From a bacterium (GTDB lineage Bacteria; Patescibacteriota; Minisyncoccia; Phycocordibacterales; UBA2100), in contig JAUSJH010000006.1 of assembly GCA_030647655.1 (NCBI GenBank), forward strand, positions 3,737 to 67,736: 64,000 nucleotides of DNA, in the 5' to 3' direction. Under the pieces are notes generated by a model. The model ran no database searches. It worked only from the letters and a program-made list of their open reading frames with translations, and was not told the DNA's origin. The position numbers and the translations under genes are program-made. Within the stretch, counting starts at the first letter, position 1. The number at the start of each line of letters is the position of its first letter. This document shows, one piece after another, positions 48,338-56,217 of the stretch.

Positions 48338-49732
48338 CTACTGTTCGTTGAAAATGGGAACGATGTTGACCGTGGTCGAGTCTGTCACGCTCGGGGGCGA
48401 GGAGCCTTCAAGCCCTTGGCAGAGAATGGTGAAGACGGTCTGGGCATTAATCAGCTTCGAGGTTTGGATAATCTCGGTAGAACAGGCACCCCCCAGACAA
48501 CTCCATGAATCATTATTGGTACTAGTCACCGTGCACGATGCGACATAGTCAGCTTTCCATTTGACTTGCACGGCATTGTTCCTCTGCACTAAAAGAGGTC
48601 GAACACTCCAAGTGACTATCGAAGGAGGTGGTGCCCCGATACACGCGCCGCCGGAACAGCCGTAATCGCAACTCTGGTAGAGTGACTCGGTGCAACTTGC
48701 CCCGCTTCGCCGATACAGATCATTTCCACGACATACGAACGGCGGCGTGCATTGACTAATCGACTGCGTATATTGGCACTTTCGTTCAGACGTGCATCGC
48801 GTTACAGACAGCCAGCGAAGGTCCTGCGCCGGGTTTGTATCTCCTGTACATACTGTCGCATTTGAAGGTAGTGACCCTGTGCAGGCTCCTGCTGACTGCG
48901 TATATTGGCACTTTCGTTCAGACGTGCATCGCGTTACAGACAGCCAGCGAAGGTCCTGCGCCGGGTTTGTATCTCCTGTACATGCTGTCGCATTTGAAGG
49001 TAGTAATCCTGTGCAGACTCCCGCTGACTCCGTATATTGGCACTTTCGTTCAGACGTGCATCGCGTTACAGACAGCCAGCGAAGGTCCTGCGCCGGGTTT
49101 GTATCTCCTGTACATGCTGTCGCATTTGAAGGTAGCGATCCTGTGCAGCTCCCCCCTCCCACTCCACCAACAGTAACACTTGCCGTACACGTCGCTGGCA
49201 AAGGCTGGGCGTGGATTGTGCCTATGCGATAGTAATCAGTTCCTGTGAGAGTATAAGTCACCGTGCCAGCTGTGTTTGGAGCAGTAACATTGCGAGAGCC
49301 ACTAAGGGTGGCGCTCCCGCTATCCGTGACATTGAGCCCGCCAGGATTGATTGAACCGTCAAATCTATGGCGCGAATTTGGGTAACCGATAGAAAAACCA
49401 CCAGTCGGCGGCGGTCGCGTCACGCGCCATGTAAGCCTGAATTGACGGCCCGCATCGGGGGGCGTATCCGAAGGGGTGAGCGTACAAATGGCACCAGATG
49501 AACTACAATTAGGCACACCTGTATCGCCCGCAAAATGCGGAGGCGCTGACGGGCATGAGGCTGGGACAATCGCAAGTCCGTGCGGGGAGGCATCGGTGAA
49601 TTTCACCTCGGCGGATGCAAAAGGTTTTTGTGTGTTTGAAGCGATACCGGAGAGGAGTAGCGCGATCGCAACGAGCGCGGCAATCAATAGCAACTCTTTC
49701 CTCAAAACAACCCAATGTAGATGTTTTTTCAT
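48338..49732 (-). CDS. Secreted Cys-rich repeat protein
   Basis: N-terminal TM; three 44-aa repeats; C-terminal domain similar to that of the 46151 gene. Confidence 0.75.
   Translation of the reverse strand: MKKHLHWVVLRKELLLIAALVAIALLLSGIASNTQKPFASAEVKFTDASPHGLAIVPASCPSAPPHFAGDTGVPNCSSSGAICTLTPSDTPPDAGRQFRLTWRVTRPPPTGGFSIGYPNSRHRFDGSINPGGLNVTDSGSATLSGSRNVTAPNTAGTVTYTLTGTDYYRIGTIHAQPLPATCTASVTVGGVGGGSCTGSLPSNATACTGDTNPAQDLRWLSVTRCTSERKCQYTESAGVCTGLLPSNATACTGDTNPAQDLRWLSVTRCTSERKCQYTQSAGACTGSLPSNATVCTGDTNPAQDLRWLSVTRCTSERKCQYTQSISQCTPPFVCRGNDLYRRSGASCTESLYQSCDYGCSGGACIGAPPPSIVTWSVRPLLVQRNNAVQVKWKADYVASCTVTSTNNDSWSCLGGACSTEIIQTSKLINAQTVFTILCQGLEGSSPPSVTDSTTVNIVPIFNEQ
48762..49148. repeat. Three near-identical 132-bp coding tandem repeats
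   Basis: Units start at 48762, 48894 and 49026; each encodes CTG.LPSNAT.CTGDTNPAQDLRWLSVTRCTSERKCQYT.S. Confidence 0.95.
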
Positions 49733-49774
49733 GCGTTCTTGCTATCAACTATCAACTGCGAACTATTCACTACT

Positions 49775-50638
49775 TCATTGTACCGTGCTCGAGGCAAGCG
49801 ACTGCTCTATGGTGTGCATATTGCCAGACACGGCCTTTTTGAACGCCGCGAGTCCATCACTCGCGATCTTTGGGTCGTTGCCGGGGTATGCAACGAGCCA
49901 CTGCTTTTCTGTGGTCTTTCGTACCTCCGCGTCGGCACGTTGTACGTATACAAGCGCTCCTGCATAATCCCCCATCTCATAGAGCGCAGTCGCTTGTGAA
50001 TTAAGAAGCCACGGGTTATCGGGAAAATTCTCGAGGCCGCGCGCAGTTGCCGCCGCGGCTTCTTCTGGTCGATTTGCTTTGAGCAATACCCACGCATAAT
50101 CATTGAGGGCCGCCCAGTTCGTCGGGTCGTACTCAAGATAGCGCTCATAGTCTTTCGCAGAAGCGTCATATTTGCCCATATAACCCTCAATGAGTCCGCG
50201 GACATAGTATGAATTCGGAGTTTCGTCTCCGTGCATGCTTATCTGGAAATCTATCTTGGCGAGTGCCGCGTTGAAACGGCCTTTCAAAAAATCAATACGC
50301 GCGAGTTCGTGGTAGAGGTAGAGGATTGTCGGATCAAGTGCCGCCGCTTTCTTGAAGAAGTATTCGGCGCGAGCGATATCGTAAGCCGATGAATTGCTCG
50401 CATTGAAATGCCGCTCGCCATAGGCAAAAGCGCGGGCGGCTGTGGGATTGATAACGTAGAGTGCGTCCTCGCCCGCGTTCCGCAAACTTTGCGGCGCTGT
50501 ATTCCATGTAAGAGCAAGACCGAGCACGAAGAGAACAGCTAATCCCGCGGCATGTGCGTGAACGCGCGTTATCCCCCATACTTTCACCCCGTTAGAAAAT
50601 GCCCTCTTTCTAACGGGCGAGCTTGACTTTTCACACAT
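49775..50638 (-). CDS. Membrane-anchored TPR protein (start uncertain)
   Basis: TPR-like helices (YYVRGLI..YMGKY..AKDYERYL.YDP; ALNDYAWVL). Confidence 0.8.
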   Translation of the reverse strand: MCEKSSSPVRKRAFSNGVKVWGITRVHAHAAGLAVLFVLGLALTWNTAPQSLRNAGEDALYVINPTAARAFAYGERHFNASNSSAYDIARAEYFFKKAAALDPTILYLYHELARIDFLKGRFNAALAKIDFQISMHGDETPNSYYVRGLIEGYMGKYDASAKDYERYLEYDPTNWAALNDYAWVLLKANRPEEAAAATARGLENFPDNPWLLNSQATALYEMGDYAGALVYVQRADAEVRKTTEKQWLVAYPGNDPKIASDGLAAFKKAVSGNMHTIEQSLASSTVQ

Positions 50639-50651
50639 AATCTTATCTTGG

Positions 50652-51845
50652 TTATGATGGATTTCTCCCCGCCTTGTGCGGGGGGATTTTATTTTGATCC
50701 GGCAATTCAGTATGCTTCGCCTGCTCGTGTAAGAGCATGTCGGTATAATTCTCGCGATTCACAACAGCAAACCGCGCGGCGGGATATGTTTCCCTCCAGA
50801 GCGCAGGCGCCCGTGCACTGCCCGACCACTTACACTCGATCGCGGTAAGCACTCCGCTTTTCTCCCGTACGATATCAACCTCATGTCCCGCGTGTGTCCG
50901 CCAAAAGTAGAACGTTGCAAAATCTTCAGCGATGCCGCTTTGCTTCACCAGCTCCATAAAGACAAAATTTTCCCATAATTGTCCAACATCGTTGCGAAGA
51001 TGGAGCGGGTTAAATTGGCCGATGAGGGCATTTCTCACTCCGAGATCGACAAAATAGTATTTCGCCTTCCTTGAAATCTCGTTCCGCAAATTTCGACTGT
51101 AGGCTCGCACTTTTTTAATAACAAACATTTTTTCCATGACGTCAAGATACCGCCCTACGGTTTTCCCGTCGAGACTGGTGAGTCTCCCGATTTCATTAAG
51201 CGACACCTCTGAACCAATTTGAAACGCGAGTGCACGAACAACATTCAATAAGGAATCCGGCGAACGCACTTTGTCGAGCGCGAGTATGTCTTTAAACAGA
51301 TACGAGGACACAAGTTCGTTCAAGATTTTCTCTTTTGTGTGTGCATCGCGTTCCTTTAAGACTTCTGGGTATGATCCGTGAATAAGGAGGTCGGGAAGTG
51401 CATTCTTGAGCTCAAATTCACTCGCGTCCATTTCAGATTGAGCAAAAGGAAAAAGTGTAAGAGTAAAATGTCTTCCCGTAAGTGGCTCGCCCACCTGCTG
51501 AGACAGATCAAACGATGACGAACCGGTCAGGATAATTTCTTTTTCCGGGTACTCGTCGACAATCATCTTGACTCCGAGTCCGATCAGGGGAACTTGTTGA
51601 GCCTCGTCAATCGCGACAATTTCAAAAGGCGCTGCAAATTTCAAAATGTCATCCCGTATTTGCGAGGAAAAGAGCGCTCGAAGGCGAATGTCATCTCCCG
51701 AAGCAAGAAAGGTTTTTCGGTGGGCATTTTTCTTTAAATACTCTTTAAGCAAGGTTGTTTTCCCTGTGCGTCGTGGTCCATACACGATAAGGGCCCGGCC
51801 CTGCTTGATATTTTCTTCAATACTCTGAAGTCGGTGAAATTGCAT
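50652..51845 (-). CDS. AAA-14 ATPase with DUF4143
   Basis: Motifs GPRRTGKTT, IDEAQ, LTGSSS, KYYFVDLG, YFWRT...EVD...IECK. Confidence 0.92.
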   Translation of the reverse strand: MQFHRLQSIEENIKQGRALIVYGPRRTGKTTLLKEYLKKNAHRKTFLASGDDIRLRALFSSQIRDDILKFAAPFEIVAIDEAQQVPLIGLGVKMIVDEYPEKEIILTGSSSFDLSQQVGEPLTGRHFTLTLFPFAQSEMDASEFELKNALPDLLIHGSYPEVLKERDAHTKEKILNELVSSYLFKDILALDKVRSPDSLLNVVRALAFQIGSEVSLNEIGRLTSLDGKTVGRYLDVMEKMFVIKKVRAYSRNLRNEISRKAKYYFVDLGVRNALIGQFNPLHLRNDVGQLWENFVFMELVKQSGIAEDFATFYFWRTHAGHEVDIVREKSGVLTAIECKWSGSARAPALWRETYPAARFAVVNRENYTDMLLHEQAKHTELPDQNKIPPHKAGRNPS

Positions 51846-52035
51846 ATATTCAGGGTATACTAAACCTCAAATTGTGTCAAATCTGCGGTGTGGAGAACCG
51901 AGAATCTACTTCTTTGCCGCTACAGAATCACTTGCCGTCCAGCCATATGCGAGTTTTTGTATCATGCCCCTTCCAGAAATCCTTTTTCATCCCGTGTATC
52001 GTACCACGGTGAACACTTTAGGTTCGCTGCGCAAC

Positions 52036-52125
52036 TCACGCGAGCTCATGATACACGTACAGAAGCGTCGGGTCTTTTGCGGCCGCAAGATCAAAAAAAT
52101 GCTCTGTACGTTTGATATCGTACTG
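52036..52125 (-). pseudogene. Remnant of a paralog of the 49775 TPR gene
   Basis: Encodes QYDIKRTEHFFDLAAAKDPTLLYVYHELA* versus AYDIARAEYFFKKAAALDPTILYLYHELAR; in-frame stops on both sides. Confidence 0.7.
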
Positions 52126-52217
52126 TGAAGGTCAATGCGCTGTGTGAAATCCCTTTTCTTCGACTCTGGCCCCGAAAACCCCTGTCTTTCCCGGGAATTA
52201 AGCGGGGACTCTTTCGG

Positions 52218-53300
52218 TTATTTGAAATCCGCCTCCGTCCAGCCGAGCGAAATGACGAGTTGTTTGAATTTCGGATCAATCGAAGCGAGGAGAATAACAT
52301 TGTTTTTCGCACCAAGACGATTCTCGCGTTCGTTTCTGAGAAAACTCGCAAAAGAGATGCCGTGTGCTTCGTAGTCTTCATTGAGTGGGGCGAGAATGTC
52401 TCTGATGTCGGTACTGCGAACAGTCCCGAATGTTCTCGCAAGATACACTGCGTATTGAAAACGTGTCGTTGCGTCATATTGTAAGTGGTACACAGAGAAT
52501 AGATTGAGTAAATCCGCAAAATCTTTCTCTGGGTCTCCAAAAGAGGTGTCTCCGAGCTGAGTCATCCTACCGACTATAATCGCCCGACGTTCAAGCGAAT
52601 ACACAAGCATGTACGCTTGCGTTGAGTCGCCACGAATCTGATCGAGATTGCTGTCGGCAAGTTTGATTTTCTGCCGAATGATTTCTTTATACTCGGGATG
52701 CGACACGGGGTCTTTCGCAAGCTGGCTCGAGTACCAATTTGCAATATACAACTCCGAAAGAGCAAGTGGGTACAGTGAGGTCGCGTATTCAAAGAGGTGA
52801 CGATAGGTGAGTGAACTATCTCCCTTCACTACAAAATCACTGTACGGTTCGTCTTTGAAAATTTCTTCCGTGATGCGCGGGTCGCCATAACGATAGAACA
52901 TCCACGCCATTCTCTGTACCGCCGATGCGCGAGTATGAAGTGAGTATGCATTCTTGTCTGCCGCGATCTCTTTCAGGACCGAGACGGCTTCTGCATAATT
53001 ACCAATGGGCTCGTCAGCATTCACGAGCCAGAATTTTATTACCGCTTGCTCTACTGGATTGCTTGTACCCGCAAGCGCATTTCGAAACTGTGCTCCGGCG
53101 GAGGAATACGCGCCGCTTTTCTGGAGTTGGATGGCACTTACAAACGCGGGGTTATCTGCCGTCAGCTGATTATACCCATCAAGCGCTGTTTGATATCGGT
53201 ACGGACTGGTTTGCTGAAAAAATCCTAGATACCACAGTCCAAAAACACCAAGTGTAGTGAAAGAGAGTAAAACCAGCCCGATGATAATCCTTCTAGTCAT
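52218..53300 (-). CDS. Membrane-anchored helical-repeat (TPR-like) protein, co-oriented with the putative precursor
   Basis: N-terminal TM; Ala/Tyr-rich amphipathic helices; starts 27 nt after the precursor stop. Confidence 0.65.
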   Translation of the reverse strand: MTRRIIIGLVLLSFTTLGVFGLWYLGFFQQTSPYRYQTALDGYNQLTADNPAFVSAIQLQKSGAYSSAGAQFRNALAGTSNPVEQAVIKFWLVNADEPIGNYAEAVSVLKEIAADKNAYSLHTRASAVQRMAWMFYRYGDPRITEEIFKDEPYSDFVVKGDSSLTYRHLFEYATSLYPLALSELYIANWYSSQLAKDPVSHPEYKEIIRQKIKLADSNLDQIRGDSTQAYMLVYSLERRAIIVGRMTQLGDTSFGDPEKDFADLLNLFSVYHLQYDATTRFQYAVYLARTFGTVRSTDIRDILAPLNEDYEAHGISFASFLRNERENRLGAKNNVILLASIDPKFKQLVISLGWTEADFK

Positions 53301-53327
53301 AAAAATATGTTTGGCGCAGGTCTAGCC

Positions 53328-53681
53328 CTAGCCACCTTCGCCACCTTCGCCACCTTCGCCACCTTCGCCTTCGCCTTCGCCTTCGCCTTCGCCTTCGCCT
53401 TCGCCGCCACTACCTTCGCAGCCCGCAGTGCCGTCTGAAGTGCCTTCGGCGCTACCCCCACTACCGCCACTACTACCATCACAGCTACCGGCGCTACTGC
53501 CTTCCCCACTACCTTCACCGCTACCGGCTGCATCGGCGTGAACGTATGGAGCGGGAAACGAGAGCGTATTTGAAAGCCCGTGACCGCGTGATTCTCCCCC
53601 AAGAATGGTCAGTACAAATGCAAGCGTGGTCAATACAATGTACACCGCAAATTTAAATACTCTTTTTATGAGGATGGCCAT
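53328..53681 (-). CDS. Putative RiPP precursor: signal/TM, Gly-Ser/Cys/Thr core, (EG)6(EGG)4 tail
   Basis: MAILIKRVFKFAVYIVLTTLAFVLTILGG...PYVHA-DAAGSGEGSGEGSSAGSCDGSSGGSGGSAEGTSDGTAGCEGSGG; close to YcaO and SagB. Confidence 0.65.
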   Translation of the reverse strand: MAILIKRVFKFAVYIVLTTLAFVLTILGGESRGHGLSNTLSFPAPYVHADAAGSGEGSGEGSSAGSCDGSSGGSGGSAEGTSDGTAGCEGSGGEGEGEGEGEGEGEGGEGGEGGEGG

Positions 53682-53797
53682 AATCAAAATACTCGACTCA
53701 ATGGTAGCACGCGCGATGAAAAATGTTACCGAACAATGGGGATAAAAAGGTCGTGGTATGGTAGCTTAACATGTGCAATACTGCTGGCTAAATAGCT

Positions 53798-55480
53798 ATG
53801 GAGCATACGGGCAAAAAACAGCGGGGCATGGATTCTCTTGCCGTACTACACTACGCGCTTGCGAACAGAGCCTTTAGGATGCGCGAAGAACAGCGGATGG
53901 TCACCCAAAGCGGTGACCCGTGCAGATGGTTCTTTGATTTTAGAAGCATACTCCTCGAGGGACCCACACTCACTGTAATCTCCGAGCTTTTCTGGAAACA
54001 ACTAAAATCAGAAGTGCCGTTTCAAGTAGGAGGACTCGAGACGGCGGCAATCACGCTTGTTGCGGGTGTAGTCCTCAAGGCAAAAGCCGACAATGTTATT
54101 GTCAATGGCTTTTATGTGCGAAAATCGCGCAAAAAAGACGGCATCCAGCAGATGGTAGAAGGAGCTCTAGGCGACGAGAAGGTCATTCTCATAGACGACG
54201 GGCTCAATAGCGGCAAGAGTTTAATACGACAAATTGAACTGCTTCATCTTCTGGGGAAAAAAGTGCATGCCGTTTGCGTCATGGTGCGGTTCCGCGACCT
54301 TTCGTTCTACAGGTATTTCCACGAAAACGGAATCCGCATCATCTCACTTTTCACGCTCGATGACTTTCCGGAAACTGGCGGAATCGAGAAATATGCACGT
54401 GACAATGCAGAAAAAAGTACGTCAGCGGCACACATCCCCTTCATTCTACACTGGAAATTTGAGAGCAAAGACCCAAGTTACTTTCATATACTCCCCAAAT
54501 CCGCGCCCGCAATCGATGACGAGCGTGTATATTTCGGCGCGGACAATGGTACCCTGTGGGCACTCAATCAATCCGATGGTTCGGTCGCATGGAGTTACAA
54601 GACATTATTTGGTGCGGGAAAAAAGCGGATTTTCTCTTCGCCCGCTGTACATGATGGCATCGTGTATTTCGGTGCATACGACGGGAATTTCTATGCGTTG
54701 GATGCAAAAACCGGAAAAAAGAAGTGGATATACAGAGAGGCTGATTGGATCGGTTCATCGCCGTGCGTTGCAGAAGATTTTGGTACCATCTTCATAGGAC
54801 TCGAATTCGGACTCTGGAACAAACAGGGGGGCATCGCGGCGCTTGACTTAAAAACGGGCGAAAAAAGATGGTGGCGGTACGTCAAGACAATGGTGCATTC
54901 TTCCCCCGCACACTCAAGAGAGTATTGTGTCGTTATAGTCGGGAGTACGAGTGGCACGGTGTATGCCTTTAATGCGAAGTCCGGCGAGCCGCTTTGGACA
55001 TTTCAGACCGATGGCGCAGTGCGCGCAGGGTTCGCATTCGACGAAACATACGGTTATGTCTGTTTCGGTTCGGAGGATAAATATACTTATGTGCTCAATA
55101 CAAAGAATGGGACGCTTGTGTATAAAGTAGAAACATTAGAACCTATATACTCAACTCCGCTGGTTGCGAACGGACGATTGTATTTCGGAGTCTTGGACAA
55201 ACGGGTTCTCTGCGTCGACCTTACGACAGGAAGTGTCCTTTGGACCTTCTGGACAAGCTCACGCATATTTGCAACTCCCTTAATGGTAGATGGACATATT
55301 TTTATTGGAAGCAATGACGGACGGCTTTACGAGCTTGACGCAACAACGGGCAAAGAGATGGGCTACTTTCAGACAACCGAGCGCATCGTCAACAAAGTAG
55401 CGTATAATCCGACAACGAAAAGATTCTTCGTGCCGACGTACGCCAACGAGTTGTATTGTCTTGAGAGAAAAAACGAGTAA
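53798..55480 (+). CDS. Fusion of orotate-PRTase-like type I phosphoribosyltransferase and PQQ/BamB-like beta-propeller
   Basis: PRTase motifs WFFDFR, GGLETAA, YVRKSRK, PRPP loop VILIDDGLNSGKS; then about 8 SSP.V....VYFG..DG..YAL...TG...W repeats. Confidence 0.85.
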   Translation: MEHTGKKQRGMDSLAVLHYALANRAFRMREEQRMVTQSGDPCRWFFDFRSILLEGPTLTVISELFWKQLKSEVPFQVGGLETAAITLVAGVVLKAKADNVIVNGFYVRKSRKKDGIQQMVEGALGDEKVILIDDGLNSGKSLIRQIELLHLLGKKVHAVCVMVRFRDLSFYRYFHENGIRIISLFTLDDFPETGGIEKYARDNAEKSTSAAHIPFILHWKFESKDPSYFHILPKSAPAIDDERVYFGADNGTLWALNQSDGSVAWSYKTLFGAGKKRIFSSPAVHDGIVYFGAYDGNFYALDAKTGKKKWIYREADWIGSSPCVAEDFGTIFIGLEFGLWNKQGGIAALDLKTGEKRWWRYVKTMVHSSPAHSREYCVVIVGSTSGTVYAFNAKSGEPLWTFQTDGAVRAGFAFDETYGYVCFGSEDKYTYVLNTKNGTLVYKVETLEPIYSTPLVANGRLYFGVLDKRVLCVDLTTGSVLWTFWTSSRIFATPLMVDGHIFIGSNDGRLYELDATTGKEMGYFQTTERIVNKVAYNPTTKRFFVPTYANELYCLERKNE

Positions 55481-56215
55481 TTAACCGAGGACGAGCGAGC
55501 AGATGGCAGATTCGGAGAATCCGTCTATATCCAGAAGTCTTTCGATTTCCGGCTCGCGCACGCCGTCGATTGCGCAACATTTGATACCGAGTGCGGTGGC
55601 GACGAGATAGATGTTTTGGACGATAGCCCCCGCCTCAATGAGGATTTGCCGATACCCCCGCTCGCCGTACTTCATTTGATTGCGCTCGAAAACGGCCGTT
55701 ATTACAAGTGCACACGAGGCGTTTTGCGCCCATGGATAGGTGAAAAGCTCTGCGATATCCTCTTTCACAAAGGCCCGGGTCCATAATGCATCAAGTCCGT
55801 GCTCCTTGATGTTGTAGTGATAAAGACCCGATGGAATCCCATCACCTCCGACAAAGATAATCGGATATACTTCGAGAGGATAACGCCCGCCTCCGGAGGG
55901 CTGTGCGCGATGGTACCCATTTTCCTCCTCGCTCGTTGTGCCACAGGCGTACTTCAAGAGGGTACCCAACCTGGCTTTATTTAGAGGCCGCCCTGCAAAG
56001 TCGCGATGCGAACGGCGTGAGCGTATAAGGTTGGACAAATCCCCGCGTGGTCGTGCGTCGCCGAGTGTAATCGTCTTAAAACGCGGATACTGTTTGTAGA
56101 AGAGGGTTTTCCACTCAACTGGCCATAGACTCGAATCGAGTGGTATATTCACGCCCCCCTCTCCAGAACGGTCCTTGGAAGATTGATGAAAAAGCCCCGA
56201 GAAATCTATGTGCAT
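55481..56215 (-). CDS. SagB/ThcOx-type FMN azoline dehydrogenase
   Basis: Motifs RRSHRDF, PSGGGRYPLEVY, GLYHY, KYGERGYR..LIEAG..VQNIYL; starts 2 nt after the YcaO stop. Confidence 0.92.
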   Translation of the reverse strand: MHIDFSGLFHQSSKDRSGEGGVNIPLDSSLWPVEWKTLFYKQYPRFKTITLGDARPRGDLSNLIRSRRSHRDFAGRPLNKARLGTLLKYACGTTSEEENGYHRAQPSGGGRYPLEVYPIIFVGGDGIPSGLYHYNIKEHGLDALWTRAFVKEDIAELFTYPWAQNASCALVITAVFERNQMKYGERGYRQILIEAGAIVQNIYLVATALGIKCCAIDGVREPEIERLLDIDGFSESAICSLVLG

Positions 56216-56217
56216 AC

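Noticed and set aside
48762-49148. Possible CRISPR array
   Set aside because: Contiguous 132-bp in-frame units with no unique spacers; no cas genes in the window.
53297-53602. Alternative frame giving an (AK)n/(VAK)n peptide
   Set aside because: It overlaps the next gene's start and lacks a signal sequence; the Gly/Ser/Glu frame has a coherent signal, cleavage site and core. Not formally excluded.
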